From an uncultured Hyphomicrobiales bacterium (lineage in GTDB: Bacteria > Pseudomonadota > Alphaproteobacteria > Rhizobiales > Beijerinckiaceae): a stretch of 64,000 nucleotides of DNA. Shown one piece after another: positions 1 to 9,652 of this stretch. Position numbers and translations under genes: made by a program. Location of the stretch: contig CAINED010000013.1 of assembly GCA_903847605.1 (NCBI GenBank), positions 313,000 through 376,999 on the forward strand. Direction: 5' to 3'. Below the pieces are notes generated by a model. That model saw only the letters and a list, made by a program, of their open reading frames with translations. It was not told the DNA's origin and did not search any database. Each line of letters starts with the position of its first letter. Position 1 is the first letter of the stretch.

Positions 1-201
1 GACAACCGCAAGTATGTGCCGCATGTGACCATCGCGCGGCTCAAATCGATCACGCCCGATGCAGTCGCGGATTACGTGAATTCGCGCGGCTATTTTCGCC
101 CACGCAATTACATCGCAGAACAGTTCAATCTCTATTCGTCTGCGGGATCGGCAGGCGGCGGACCCTATACAATCGAGGCGGAATACGAGCTTCGCAACTG
201 A
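1..201 (+). CDS. thpR: 2H phosphoesterase family protein (RNA 2',3'-cyclic phosphodiesterase / 2'-5' RNA ligase type), C-terminal fragment
   Basis: Frame 1 is open from the window edge to TGA at 199-201. KYVPHVTIARLK carries the H-x-T-x motif of 2H phosphoesterases. Only the last ~66 codons are in the window. Confidence 0.65.
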   Translation, partial: DNRKYVPHVTIARLKSITPDAVADYVNSRGYFRPRNYIAEQFNLYSSAGSAGGGPYTIEAEYELRN

Positions 202-214
202 AGCTCGGTTTGTC

Positions 215-829
215 CTACGGTTCGAGTTCGGAATCCCAGTAGAGATAATCCATCCAGCTTTCGTGCAGGTAGTTCGGCGGGAAGAGTCTGCCGTTCTGAT
301 GCAGGTCCTGAATGGCCGGCTGAAAGGGCATATGCTGCGGGAACATGTGCGCGTTTGCCGGCAATTGATCGCCCTTGCGCAAATTGCATGGCGAGCAGGC
401 GGCGACGACATTGTCCCAGGTCGTGAGACCGCCTTTCGATCTGGGTATGACATGATCGAACGTGAGGTCTTCGCGCGAACCGCAATATTGACAGGTGAAT
501 CTGTCGCGCAGGAAAACATTGAAACGGGTGAAAGCAGGCTGGCGCTGGGGCCGAATATAGGTCTTGAGCGATACCACTGACGGCAGACGCATTTCGAAGC
601 TCGGACTTCGAACGGACTGGTCGTACTCGGAGACGATGTTCACGCGATCAAGGAACACCGCCTTGATGGCGTCCTGCCAGGACCACAGCGACAGCGGATA
701 ATAGCTGAGCGGACGATAGTCCGCATTCAGCACCAGCGCCGGGCAGGCGCCGTGAGGAACGACAGGCTGGAAGTGTATACTCACTCCGCGGACCCCTGAA
801 GCATGCGGGCCCAAAGGCCCGAATCCCAT
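215..829 (-). CDS. HNH endonuclease family protein
   Basis: 204-aa ORF. CQYCGS..DHVIPRSKGG..WDNVVAACSPCNLRKG is a canonical HNH motif bracketed by two CxxC pairs. ATG at 827-829; the real start could be internal. Confidence 0.85.
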   Translation of the reverse strand: MGFGPLGPHASGVRGVSIHFQPVVPHGACPALVLNADYRPLSYYPLSLWSWQDAIKAVFLDRVNIVSEYDQSVRSPSFEMRLPSVVSLKTYIRPQRQPAFTRFNVFLRDRFTCQYCGSREDLTFDHVIPRSKGGLTTWDNVVAACSPCNLRKGDQLPANAHMFPQHMPFQPAIQDLHQNGRLFPPNYLHESWMDYLYWDSELEP

Positions 830-883
830 GCCCTATAGTCTATATGCGTCGTGACGGCCTTGTGAAGGCTCCGATTCGCCGCG

Positions 884-980
884 GCTATAGCATCGCGCAA
901 AAAGGCGGATACCGGTTTTCGCGAAAGCGAAGCTATAAATATCTGGAATCGAACAGCTTATCCGCCGTCGAACTGTTCCA
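884..980 (+). repeat. Degenerate copy of the two-hairpin intergenic repeat seen at 39089-39203 and 58253-58366
   Basis: The sequence ctatagcatcgcgcaaaaaggcgg..ccggttttcgcgaaagcgaagctata is followed by gaacagctta..ctgttc. It has the same block order as copy 58253-58366 (agcatcg, aaaaag, ccggtttt(t)cgc, ga(t/a)cagctt). It lies between the hbd stop and the HNH gene. Confidence 0.4.
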
Positions 981-1003
981 GTTAATGGCGTGGCGATCTG
1001 AGG

Positions 1004-1885
1004 TCAGCGCGTGGGAACGGGCGTCCCGCTCCGGTAGTCGTAAAAGCCGCGCTGCGTCTTGCGGCCGAGCCAGCCGGCCTCGACATATTTCACGAGCAGC
1101 GGGCAGGGGCGATATTTCGAATCCGCCAACCCTTCATGCAGGACTTGCATGACCGACAGGCAGGTATCGAGGCCGATGAAATCGGCGAGCTGCAAGGGCC
1201 CCATCGGATGGTTGGCGCCAAGGCGCATGGCGGTATCGATCGCTTCGACCGAGCCGACGCCCTCGTAGAGCGTGTAAACGGCCTCGTTGATCATCGGCAG
1301 GAGGATTCGGTTGACAATGAAAGCCGGAAAATCCTCGGAAACCGTAGCCGTCTTGCCGAGCGCGGTCACGAAAGCCCGTGCCGTCTCGAAAGTTTCGTCC
1401 GAGGTGGCGATGCCGCGGATCAGCTCGACGAGCTGCATGAGCGGCACCGGATTCATGAAGTGAATGCCGATGAAACGCTCCGGCCGATCGCTGACGGATG
1501 CCAGGCGGGTAATCGAAATCGAGGATGTGTTGCTGGCGACCAGTGTTTCCGGCGGAAGCAGCGGGCAAAGCTGCGCAAAAATCTTGCGCTTGACCTCTTC
1601 GTTTTCCGTGGCGGCCTCGATGACGAGATCGCAACCCGCAAGGCCGGCATAGTCCGAAGCCGTCGAAATGCGTCCGAGCGCAGCCTGACGCGCCTCTTCG
1701 GTTATCTGCCCGCGGGTGATCTGCCGGGCCATGTTGCCATTGATCGTCGCGAGGCCCTTGTTGATGCGCTCCTCGCTCACGTCGTTCAGACGCACTTCCA
1801 GTCCTGCCAGCGAGCAGACGTGGGCGATGCCGCTCCCCATCTGGCCCGTGCCGACGATACCCACTCTTGCGATTTTCGAAGTCAT
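1004..1885 (-). CDS. hbd: 3-hydroxybutyryl-CoA dehydrogenase (3-hydroxyacyl-CoA dehydrogenase family)
   Basis: 293 aa. N-terminal Rossmann motif IVGTGQMGSGIA and a typical C-terminal domain ending GRKTQRGFYDY. ATG at 1883-1885. Confidence 0.9.
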   Translation of the reverse strand: MTSKIARVGIVGTGQMGSGIAHVCSLAGLEVRLNDVSEERINKGLATINGNMARQITRGQITEEARQAALGRISTASDYAGLAGCDLVIEAATENEEVKRKIFAQLCPLLPPETLVASNTSSISITRLASVSDRPERFIGIHFMNPVPLMQLVELIRGIATSDETFETARAFVTALGKTATVSEDFPAFIVNRILLPMINEAVYTLYEGVGSVEAIDTAMRLGANHPMGPLQLADFIGLDTCLSVMQVLHEGLADSKYRPCPLLVKYVEAGWLGRKTQRGFYDYRSGTPVPTR

Positions 1886-1955
1886 GGTCCCGTTTTCACC
1901 TCAGCAGCGTTTAGCATAGGCGAGGATTCACCGCTGTCCAACGCCTGAAGCCGGA

Positions 1956-2900
1956 TCAGCGGCCGATTTTCGCCAGTTCGGCATCGAGCTCCGGCAATGC
2001 CGCGAACAGGTCGGCGACGAGGCCGTAATCCGCCACCTGAAAAATCGGGGCTTCCTCGTCCTTGTTGATGGCGACGATCACTTTGGAGTCCTTCATGCCG
2101 GCGAGATGCTGGATCGCGCCGGAAATCCCGACCGCGATGTAAAGTTCGGGGGCGACGACCTTGCCGGTCTGGCCCACCTGCCAGTCGTTAGGCACGAAGC
2201 CGGCGTCCACGGCCGCACGGGAAGCGCCCATCGCGGCGCCGAGACGGTCGGCGACGGGCTCGATGTATTTTTTGAAATTGTCGCCATTCTGCATGGCGCG
2301 GCCGCCAGAAATGATGATTTTTGCCGAAGTCAGTTCCGGCCGGTCGGACTTGGCGACGCGCTCTTCCTTGAAGGAGGAGAGGCCGGGATTTGCGGCCGCA
2401 GAGATTTTTTCGACGGTGGCGGACCCGGTCCCGCCCGCGGCCTGAAACGAGGCGGTCCGGATCGTGATGACCTTCCTGGCGTCGTTCGACTTGACGGTCT
2501 GGATCGCATTGCCGGCGTAGATCGGGCGCTCGAACGTATCGGGGGCGACCACTTTCGTGATTTCGGAAATCTGCATGACGTCGAGCAGCGCTGCGACACG
2601 CGGCATCACGTTCTTGGTCATGGTCGTCGCGCCGGCGACGATGGCGTCGTAGCCGCCTGCCAGCGAAACGATCAGAGCCGCCATGGGCTCGGCGAGCTGA
2701 TTTGCATAGAGATCGTCATCCGCAACGAGCACTTTCTCGACGCCCGGCAGAGCCGCGGCCGATTGAGCAGCCGAATCGCAGTTCTTGCCGGCGACCAGAA
2801 CATGAACCGGCGCGCCGAGTTGTCCGGCCGCTGTCAAAGCCTTTGCTGTGGTATCGCCAAGTCCGTTCTTTGTGACTTCGGCCAGAAGCAAGATGGTCAT
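1956..2900 (-). CDS. etfA: electron transfer flavoprotein subunit alpha
   Basis: 314 aa. The C-terminal FAD-binding region is present ([37 protein letters not shown]). Start overlaps the etfB stop by 1 nt. Confidence 0.95.
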   Translation of the reverse strand: MTILLLAEVTKNGLGDTTAKALTAAGQLGAPVHVLVAGKNCDSAAQSAAALPGVEKVLVADDDLYANQLAEPMAALIVSLAGGYDAIVAGATTMTKNVMPRVAALLDVMQISEITKVVAPDTFERPIYAGNAIQTVKSNDARKVITIRTASFQAAGGTGSATVEKISAAANPGLSSFKEERVAKSDRPELTSAKIIISGGRAMQNGDNFKKYIEPVADRLGAAMGASRAAVDAGFVPNDWQVGQTGKVVAPELYIAVGISGAIQHLAGMKDSKVIVAINKDEEAPIFQVADYGLVADLFAALPELDAELAKIGR

Positions 2901-3649
2901 CAGATTACTCCCGCTTCGTCCTTGAGTTTCGCAACGAGTTCGGCCACGGAACCGACCTTGACGCCAGCCTTGCGGCCCGGCGGTTCGGATGTCTTGAGAA
3001 CGCTCAGGCGCGGCGTGACATCGACGCCAAAATCAGCCGGCGTCTTTTCGTCGATCGGCTTCTTCTTGGCCTTCATGATGTTCGGCAGCGACGCGTAACG
3101 CGGCTCGTTCAAACGAAGATCGGTCGTCACGATAGCCGGCATCTTCAGGCTGACTGTCTGAAGGCCGCCGTCGACTTCGCGCGTGACATCGACCGAGCCC
3201 TCGGCGAGATCGACCTTCGAAGCAAATGTGCCCTGGCTCCAGCCGAGCAGTGCAGCGAGCATCTGACCGGTCTGGTTGCAGTCGTCGTCGATGGCCTGCT
3301 TGCCCAGAATAACGAGACCCGGCTGTTCCGCCTCAACCACGCCCTTCAGCAGTTTCGCGACGGCGAGCGGTTCGACGACGCCATCGGTCTTCACGAGCAC
3401 GCCGCGATCGGCGCCCATGGCGAGGCCGGTGCGTATCGTCTCGGAGGCCTGCGCCGGGCCGATGGAAACGATGATGACTTCCGTCGCCTTGCCGGCTTCC
3501 TTGATGCGAAGTGCTTCCTCGACGGCGATCTCGTCGAAGGGATTCATCGACATCTTGACGTTCGCGAGTTCGACGCCGGATCCGTCCGCTTTGACGCGCA
3601 CCTTCACGTTGTAGTCGACCACTCGCTTGACCGGCACAAGAACCTTCAT
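2900..3649 (-). CDS. etfB: electron transfer flavoprotein subunit beta
   Basis: [19 protein letters not shown] is a typical ETF-beta N-terminus. The internal ATG at 3647-3649, preceded by GGGGAGA, is preferred over the listed 3694 start. Confidence 0.93.
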   Translation of the reverse strand: MKVLVPVKRVVDYNVKVRVKADGSGVELANVKMSMNPFDEIAVEEALRIKEAGKATEVIIVSIGPAQASETIRTGLAMGADRGVLVKTDGVVEPLAVAKLLKGVVEAEQPGLVILGKQAIDDDCNQTGQMLAALLGWSQGTFASKVDLAEGSVDVTREVDGGLQTVSLKMPAIVTTDLRLNEPRYASLPNIMKAKKKPIDEKTPADFGVDVTPRLSVLKTSEPPGRKAGVKVGSVAELVAKLKDEAGVI

Positions 3650-3726
3650 AACTGGCGTCTCCCCGAGCGAAGCAGGGAGTTTTGGTAAGGACATGCTCGG
3701 GGGGAGTCAACGCGGCTTTTGGAGGG

Positions 3727-4416
3727 TTATTCCGTGCGATTTCCGAACAGGGGCACCTCGCGGCGCTTGAAAGCGCCGAGCAAGAGCGCACCGGCCACGA
3801 TGCCGCCGACATGCGCCCACCATCCGACGACCGATTCCTGAATCAGCAGCGCAGACAACACCTGATAGGCGATCCAGAGTCCGAGGATGGTCGCTGCGGA
3901 GATCGATACCGGCAGAATGTTGAACAGCAAGCCGACGATCCGCGCCTTTGGATACATCAGCAGATAGGCGACGGCGACGCCGGAAATCGCGCCGGATGCG
4001 CCGATCAGCGACGATTGAGATGCGGGATAGAGAAGGGCGAATGCGAGACCGGCGGCCGCGCCGCACAGGATATAAAAGATGGCAAATTGCCAATGCCCCA
4101 TGGCGTCTTCCACATTGTCGCCGAAGACCCAGAGGAAAAGCATGTTGCCCGCAAGATGCCAGAACGAGCCGTGAATGAAGACGCTGGTGACCGGCGTCAG
4201 CCACGCTGGCGCGTGAAAAACATCGGGGCCGAGAATGGCGCTGCCGAACAGCACGGACGGGATCAGTCCGAAGCCCAGATCGATCCTGCCGCGCGGTCCG
4301 AAAATTTCAGAGGCGATGACGAGATGCAGAAAAACTGTGACCGCCAATAGCAGCGTTGTGGCTTTCGCCCGGCGCATGTGTTTCAGGGCAACGCTGTCGT
4401 GCAGCGGAATGAACAC
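3727..4416 (-). CDS. rhomboid family intramembrane serine protease
   Basis: 229 aa with multiple hydrophobic helices. The GASGAISG (GxSG) catalytic serine motif and the later WWAHVGG histidine are present. Confidence 0.85.
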   Translation of the reverse strand: MFIPLHDSVALKHMRRAKATTLLLAVTVFLHLVIASEIFGPRGRIDLGFGLIPSVLFGSAILGPDVFHAPAWLTPVTSVFIHGSFWHLAGNMLFLWVFGDNVEDAMGHWQFAIFYILCGAAAGLAFALLYPASQSSLIGASGAISGVAVAYLLMYPKARIVGLLFNILPVSISAATILGLWIAYQVLSALLIQESVVGWWAHVGGIVAGALLLGAFKRREVPLFGNRTE

Positions 4417-4494
4417 TTTTTGAAGCCCCCGAAATGGAACGCTCTTTGTGGCGCACCCATCTTATCTCTCGGCGCTTCATCTGCGCCTGCAAAC

Positions 4495-5076
4495 TCACCG
4501 ATTCTTGCCAGGTGTCCACAGCACGTCGTTCGCGCCTTTCGCGTTCACATAACGCGACGCGACGAATAGAAAGTCAGATAGACGGTTGACGTATTTCAGC
4601 GCGGGTTCGCCGACGATTTCGTTTGGCGTTTTGGAGAGTGCGACCATCAGGCGCTCTGCGCGGCGCGCCACCGTGCGGGCAACGTGAAGATGCGCGGCGG
4701 CAGGCGAGCCACCAGGAAGCACGAAGGACCGCAAGGGCGACAACTCTGCGTTGAGCAGGTCGATTTCCTGTTCAAGCCTATCGACCTGTGAAGCAACGAT
4801 CCTCAGAGGTTCGTAACCAGGATCCTTGCCGCCTGGCGGCGTGCAGAGGTCGGCGCCGAGATCGAACAGATCGTTCTGGATTCGCAGAAGCATGGCGTCC
4901 ACGACTTCGTGTGCGCCTGCGGTTGCGAGCCGGGCAACGCCGATGGCGGCGTTTGTCTCGTCGACGGTGCCGTAGGCCTCGACGCGCAAGTCGAACTTGT
5001 CGCGGCGCTCACCTGTGCCGAGTCCGGTCGTGCCGTCGTCGCCGGTTCGTGTGTAGATTCTATTCAGGACAACCAT
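4495..5076 (-). CDS. PduO-type ATP:cob(I)alamin adenosyltransferase
   Basis: 193 aa. RIYTRTGDDGTTGL is the N-terminal signature of PduO/MMAB-type adenosyltransferases. Confidence 0.9.
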   Translation of the reverse strand: MVVLNRIYTRTGDDGTTGLGTGERRDKFDLRVEAYGTVDETNAAIGVARLATAGAHEVVDAMLLRIQNDLFDLGADLCTPPGGKDPGYEPLRIVASQVDRLEQEIDLLNAELSPLRSFVLPGGSPAAAHLHVARTVARRAERLMVALSKTPNEIVGEPALKYVNRLSDFLFVASRYVNAKGANDVLWTPGKNR

Positions 5077-5089
5077 GTCTATTCTCTCG

Positions 5090-5275
5090 TCAACCGCGGA
5101 ACCACAAAACGCCCATCACGATCACGATCGCGAGAAACTGCAGCCCGACGCGCCAGCGCATCAGTTGTTGCGACAGGTTGGAGGAGCCGCCGCGCAGCAT
5201 GTTGAACAGGCCGAAAAATAAAACGCCGGTGACTGCGACCAGCGAGGTCACGATCAGCGCATTGGATACTTGCAT
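5090..5275 (-). CDS. twin transmembrane helix small protein (HIG1 domain)
   Basis: 61 aa from the internal ATG at 5273-5275. Two hydrophobic helices flank QQLMRWRVGLQ (HIG1-like Q-x3-R-x-R-x3-Q). The longer listed ORF would overlap the upstream gene. Confidence 0.8.
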   Translation of the reverse strand: MQVSNALIVTSLVAVTGVLFFGLFNMLRGGSSNLSQQLMRWRVGLQFLAIVIVMGVLWFRG

Positions 5276-5342
5276 GATGAAGGCTCGATCTATCCGGGTT
5301 GCGCGACGACTGCGGAGAATTGCGGCCGCTGCACGATAGCGT

Positions 5343-7892
5343 TCAATAGCGCCGCAGCAGTCGCTCGAGATATTCGAGTTCAAGGCTCGGGCGAGAGGGA
5401 TCGCTCAGGCGGCGGCGCAATTCCTCGAGAATGCGCTGGGCGCGTTCGGCGGCTGTCGCTCCAGGCTGCTCGAACAGCGAGCGCGAATTATCGCCGCGCG
5501 TATGGGATTCGCGGCCGAGCGGATCGGGATTGGCGGTGTCGCGGCGCTCGGGTCCGCCGGGCTCACCCGGGCCGCCCTGATTGCCGGGACCGCGTTGCTG
5601 CTGCATCTGCTGCGCCATGGATTGCATGCCCTGACGCAGGCCTTCGAGCGCCCGGCCCTGCGCTTCGGCTGCCCGTCCCTGGCTTTGGCGATCGCCCTTG
5701 CCGAGTTGGCCTTCTGCTTCGCGCATGGCTTCCTCGGCTTCCTTGAAGCCTTGTGGCGGCTGCATGCCGAATTGCTGCATGCGGCGCTGCATATCCTCGA
5801 GCTGCTGGCGCAGGCCTTCCTGCCGCTGTTGCAGCGAGCGATTCTGGTCGCCGTTCTGCTGCTCGTTCTGGCCCTGCTGGCTTTCGCGGTGCGTACGGTC
5901 GCGCAATTCCTGCTGATCGCGCATCATCTGGTCGAGCTGGTTGAGCGCGCGATTCATTTCGCGCTGCGCCTGATTCTGCTGATTGCCGCGGCGTGCCGAG
6001 CGCAGATTTTCCAGCATGCGCTGCATCTGGTCGAGCATGCGCTGGGCATCTGCCGTATTGCCCTCGCGCGCCATGCGCTCCATCTGGTCGAGCATCCGCT
6101 GCAAGTCCTGCGACGTGATTGTCTGGTCGCGGTCGTTGCGGTCCTGCGCCTGATCGTCATTCGGATTGTTGCGCTGCTGCTCGGCGAATTCGCGCAGGAA
6201 GCGATCCATCGCCGCGCGCAACTGGTCCATCAGCCGCTTGATCTCTTCTTCGTTCGCGCCGCGATTGAGCGCTTCGCGAAGGGCCTGCTGCGCAGCGCGC
6301 AATTCGCGCTCGGCTTCGCTGAGATCGCCTTCTTCGATTCGCAGGGCCATTTCCCAGATGAGATCGGCGACGGCGCGCAAGTCGTCGTCGTTGCCTGCAG
6401 CATCGAGCCGGTTGGCGATGGTACGCAGGCCAAGGAAGATGCCGGCGGAAATCTTGAATTCCTCCGGTTCGATCATCAGACCTTCGAAAGCGAGCGACAC
6501 CCGCGACTTGTCATCCGGAGCGAGCACGAGATTGCGGCGCTGTTCGACCAACGCACGCGCCAGCGGCTTCACGAAGACCTTTTGCGGAAGATGCAATTCC
6601 TTCGCTTCGCTGCGCCCGGTGTTGCCGCCCTCGTCGCGTGCCATCAACTGGATCGTCGCGCGTGTGCCGGCCCACGGGTGTTCGGACAGGTCGGTCGTTT
6701 TTTCGGCTTCGCCGAGGCCGCCCGGACCCTGCGCCACGCCGAGATTCATCTTAGGGGGGCCGACGAGCGTGCGGCCCGTGACGGGCTTGCCGCGTACGAC
6801 GGGCTTGGAAAACTCCGCGTCGGCGGAGAGCACGCCGTAGTCGTCCTCGAGTTTGTACTTGATCGTCAGCGATCCCCGCACATTGTTGCGCGGCTCTCCG
6901 ACCAGCGAGATCGTCGGCGGCTGATCGGGGATGGCTGAAAATTCGTAAGTCGCCACAGTGCGTCCGAGACGCTTGAGAACCAGCTTTCCGTCGCCGCGAA
7001 GCGTAAATTTCTGCTCCTGATCGCTGGCGGTTCCGGCGCGTGCGACTGTGGACGCGGGCGGCGCGGCCGGCTTGTCCTTGTTTTCCTGCTCGGCCTTTTG
7101 ATCGGGCTTCGGCGCTTCCAGCGCGCCTGTGTTTTCCGTTGTGACGCCAGCGCCTTGCGACGAGCGGACGATCACGATCGAGCCCACGGGGGCGCGAACT
7201 TGCTGCGCGCCAAGGCTGTCCTTGCCTCCGTCGGTCTGCGCCTTCAGAAGTATTGGCGGGCGGCCAGTATAAGGCGGCGGATCGATCCAGGCGTCGAGGC
7301 GGAAGCCCTGCGTGACCGAGCCGCTGGTCTGCCAGTCGAAGGCCGCCAGGACACGGGCATATTTTTCGGGACCTGCGATGAAACCCGCGCCAACCACCGC
7401 GAGAAGCACCGCGGCGCGGATCGCGAAACGATCCAGCAGCGGAACCTGTGGCGAGGGTATGCCGACTTTCAGGGCGGCAGCGTTTTTCTCGGCGCGCTTG
7501 AGATGGGCTTCCCAGAGCGCCCGGGTCGCCGGCTCCTCGCGTCCGTTCGCCAGCATGTCGTCGAGAGTCGTTGCGGGGCTATGGGCAAGTCCCGAATCGC
7601 GGTCGACGCGGGCAAGCGCGGTGCGCCGGCCGGGCAGGCGGAAGCGCAGCAGCGGATAGAGCGCCGCCAGCGCGCATAGGGCGAAAATTGCAAGTCCGGC
7701 GATGCGCGCGGTCTTCGGCAGGTGGATCCAAAGACCGAACCACGACACCGCAAGAAAAATGCCGACGACGGCGAGAAGTCCCAGGAAAACGGGCCAGAGC
7801 GCTTCCCACGAGAGGACAAGCGTGGCGCGCGCCGCCAGACTATCCAGCAAAGTGCGGGTTCGACGGCCTTCGGGGCGGAAATGTTGGCTCAA
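5343..7892 (-). CDS. large membrane-anchored protein of unknown function with Q/R/E/M-rich low-complexity region (TIGR02302/DUF4175-like, name from memory)
   Basis: 849 aa. The N-terminus has hydrophobic helices (LWPVFLGLLAVVGIFLAVSWFGLW, IAGLAIFALCALAALYPLL). The C-terminal third is coiled-coil-like with a repeated QRMLDQM(E/Q)RM. The listed start at 7892 is TTG, so the start is uncertain. Confidence 0.8.
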   Translation of the reverse strand: MSQHFRPEGRRTRTLLDSLAARATLVLSWEALWPVFLGLLAVVGIFLAVSWFGLWIHLPKTARIAGLAIFALCALAALYPLLRFRLPGRRTALARVDRDSGLAHSPATTLDDMLANGREEPATRALWEAHLKRAEKNAAALKVGIPSPQVPLLDRFAIRAAVLLAVVGAGFIAGPEKYARVLAAFDWQTSGSVTQGFRLDAWIDPPPYTGRPPILLKAQTDGGKDSLGAQQVRAPVGSIVIVRSSQGAGVTTENTGALEAPKPDQKAEQENKDKPAAPPASTVARAGTASDQEQKFTLRGDGKLVLKRLGRTVATYEFSAIPDQPPTISLVGEPRNNVRGSLTIKYKLEDDYGVLSADAEFSKPVVRGKPVTGRTLVGPPKMNLGVAQGPGGLGEAEKTTDLSEHPWAGTRATIQLMARDEGGNTGRSEAKELHLPQKVFVKPLARALVEQRRNLVLAPDDKSRVSLAFEGLMIEPEEFKISAGIFLGLRTIANRLDAAGNDDDLRAVADLIWEMALRIEEGDLSEAERELRAAQQALREALNRGANEEEIKRLMDQLRAAMDRFLREFAEQQRNNPNDDQAQDRNDRDQTITSQDLQRMLDQMERMAREGNTADAQRMLDQMQRMLENLRSARRGNQQNQAQREMNRALNQLDQMMRDQQELRDRTHRESQQGQNEQQNGDQNRSLQQRQEGLRQQLEDMQRRMQQFGMQPPQGFKEAEEAMREAEGQLGKGDRQSQGRAAEAQGRALEGLRQGMQSMAQQMQQQRGPGNQGGPGEPGGPERRDTANPDPLGRESHTRGDNSRSLFEQPGATAAERAQRILEELRRRLSDPSRPSLELEYLERLLRRY

Positions 7893-7952
7893 CGGGCGGC
7901 TCCAGCCTGCGGCATCGACTGAAAACTAGCACGCGTGTGCTGCGTTGCCACA

Positions 7953-7978
7953 TTAAAACTGGGGCGAGTTGCCGCCCC
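7953..7978 (-). terminator. candidate intrinsic terminator after lysA
   Basis: On the minus strand, GGGGCG-6 nt-CGCCCC (7961-7978) is followed by AGTTTTAATG. It lies about 20 nt downstream of the lysA stop. Confidence 0.5.
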
Positions 7979-7996
7979 TGCATCAAATGCCAGTGT

Positions 7997-9268
7997 TCAG
8001 GCCAACCAAGACGGAATTTTGTCCAGTTCGAGAAGGTCATTGTAGGTCGGGCGCGGGCGGATCACGGCCCAATCGCGGCCGTTGACCATGACTTCCGGCA
8101 CGAGCAACCGGGAGTTGTAGGTGCCCGCCTGAACGGCGCCATAAGCTCCCGCCGTCATGACCGCCAGAAGGTCGCCGGCCTTCGCGGGAGGCATGAGGCG
8201 GCCGAGCGCGAGATAGTCGCCCGTTTCGCAGACCGGCCCCACCACGTCGACGATTTCGGGCGCGAATCCCTTTTCCAGCAGGACGACGGGCTTGATGTCA
8301 TGATGGGCGTCGTAAAGCGTCGGGCGGATCAGGTCGTTCATCGCCGCGTCGACGATGACGAATTTCCGGCCATCGCCGTGCTTCACGTAGATGACATTCG
8401 TGACGAGGATGCCGGCGTTGCCCACGAGCAACCGTCCGGGTTCGAAGATCAGCTTGCAGCCGAGATTGTGCGTGCGCTTCTTTACGATCGCTGCGTAGCG
8501 CTCGGGATGATAGGACTTGGTGTCCTCGCCTTCGCGATAGGGAATGCCGAGGCCGCCGCCGAGATCGATGTGATGGATTTTGTGTCCGTCGGCGCGCAAT
8601 TCGCCGACGAGTTCCGCCAATAACTGGAAGGCATCGTCGAATGGCGCGAGGTCGGTGATCTGCGAGCCGATATGCATGTCGACGCCGGCGACTTCGATGC
8701 CCGGCAGGCCAGCAGCCTCCCGATAGACTTCGCGCGCGCGCATGATGGGTATGCCGAACTTGTTCTCTGACTTTCCGGTCGAAATCTTCTTGTGCGTGCG
8801 CGCATCGACATCGGGATTCACACGCACGGAAATGCGCGCCGTACGGCCCTTTCCCGACGCTATGCGCGATATGTTGAGCAGTTCGGGTTCGGATTCTACG
8901 TTGAAGCAGAAAATGTCTTCGTCGATGGCGAGAGCAATTTCGCGATCTGTCTTGCCGACGCCCGAAAATGTGATGCGTTCGCCGGGTACGCCTGCTGCGC
9001 GCGCGCGGCGCAACTCGCCCTCTGAAACGACATCCATGCCTGCGCCGAGCGCCGCGAACGTGCGCAATACCGCCTGATTTGAATTCGCCTTCATCGCGAA
9101 ACAGACGAGCGCATCCGTGCCTGCGAAAGCCTCGGCAAAGACGCGGTAATGGCGCGTCAGCGTTGCCGACGAATAACAATAGAAGGGCGTGCCGACCTGG
9201 CGCGCGATCTCGCGCAAATCGACATCTTCGGCGTGCATGACGCCGTTCCTGTAATCGAAGTGATGCAT
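7997..9268 (-). CDS. lysA: diaminopimelate decarboxylase
   Basis: 423 aa. It looks like a typical PLP-dependent group IV decarboxylase (FAMKANSN.., HIGSQ, GGGLGIPY, CETGD). Confidence 0.95.
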   Translation of the reverse strand: MHHFDYRNGVMHAEDVDLREIARQVGTPFYCYSSATLTRHYRVFAEAFAGTDALVCFAMKANSNQAVLRTFAALGAGMDVVSEGELRRARAAGVPGERITFSGVGKTDREIALAIDEDIFCFNVESEPELLNISRIASGKGRTARISVRVNPDVDARTHKKISTGKSENKFGIPIMRAREVYREAAGLPGIEVAGVDMHIGSQITDLAPFDDAFQLLAELVGELRADGHKIHHIDLGGGLGIPYREGEDTKSYHPERYAAIVKKRTHNLGCKLIFEPGRLLVGNAGILVTNVIYVKHGDGRKFVIVDAAMNDLIRPTLYDAHHDIKPVVLLEKGFAPEIVDVVGPVCETGDYLALGRLMPPAKAGDLLAVMTAGAYGAVQAGTYNSRLLVPEVMVNGRDWAVIRPRPTYNDLLELDKIPSWLA

Positions 9269-9289
9269 GGTTTGTGCTTTTGGCGCTTC

Positions 9290-9550
9290 TCAGAGAAGCG
9301 CGTCGAGGACGAAGGGTTTGTCGGGCGGCTTTATGGGAGTCGAAAGCGTTCGGCGCGACCCGCCGAGCGCCGGGCGCGAACTCTGCTGACTGCCTTGCGC
9401 GTCAGCATCGGCCTGCGGCCTCGCACGCTGTTCGGGGGGCGCGTCGGGATGGGGTTCCAGCGGTCCCTTGCGCCCACAGGCGGCAAGGCCAATGGCCAAT
9501 GCAGCGAGCATGAGCAGCGCCACGGGCTTTCGTTTCATTTTCGAATGCAT
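9290..9550 (-). CDS. small lipoprotein (LptM/YifL-like, lysA-linked)
   Basis: Signal peptide plus lipobox (MKRKPVALLMLAALAIGLAAC). A GAGGA Shine-Dalgarno precedes the ATG at 9548-9550. It sits between argH and lysA. The mature part is a Pro/Ala-rich tail. Confidence 0.7.
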   Translation of the reverse strand: MHSKMKRKPVALLMLAALAIGLAACGRKGPLEPHPDAPPEQRARPQADADAQGSQQSSRPALGGSRRTLSTPIKPPDKPFVLDALL

Positions 9551-9652
9551 CTGCGAATTTCCTCGATGCCGCTTATAGCGCAGGATGATCGTTTTGGCGT
9601 TAAGCGGCCCGCGTTCCCGCGCGGCTATGTGGTTTGCGGCATTTTGCCGCAA

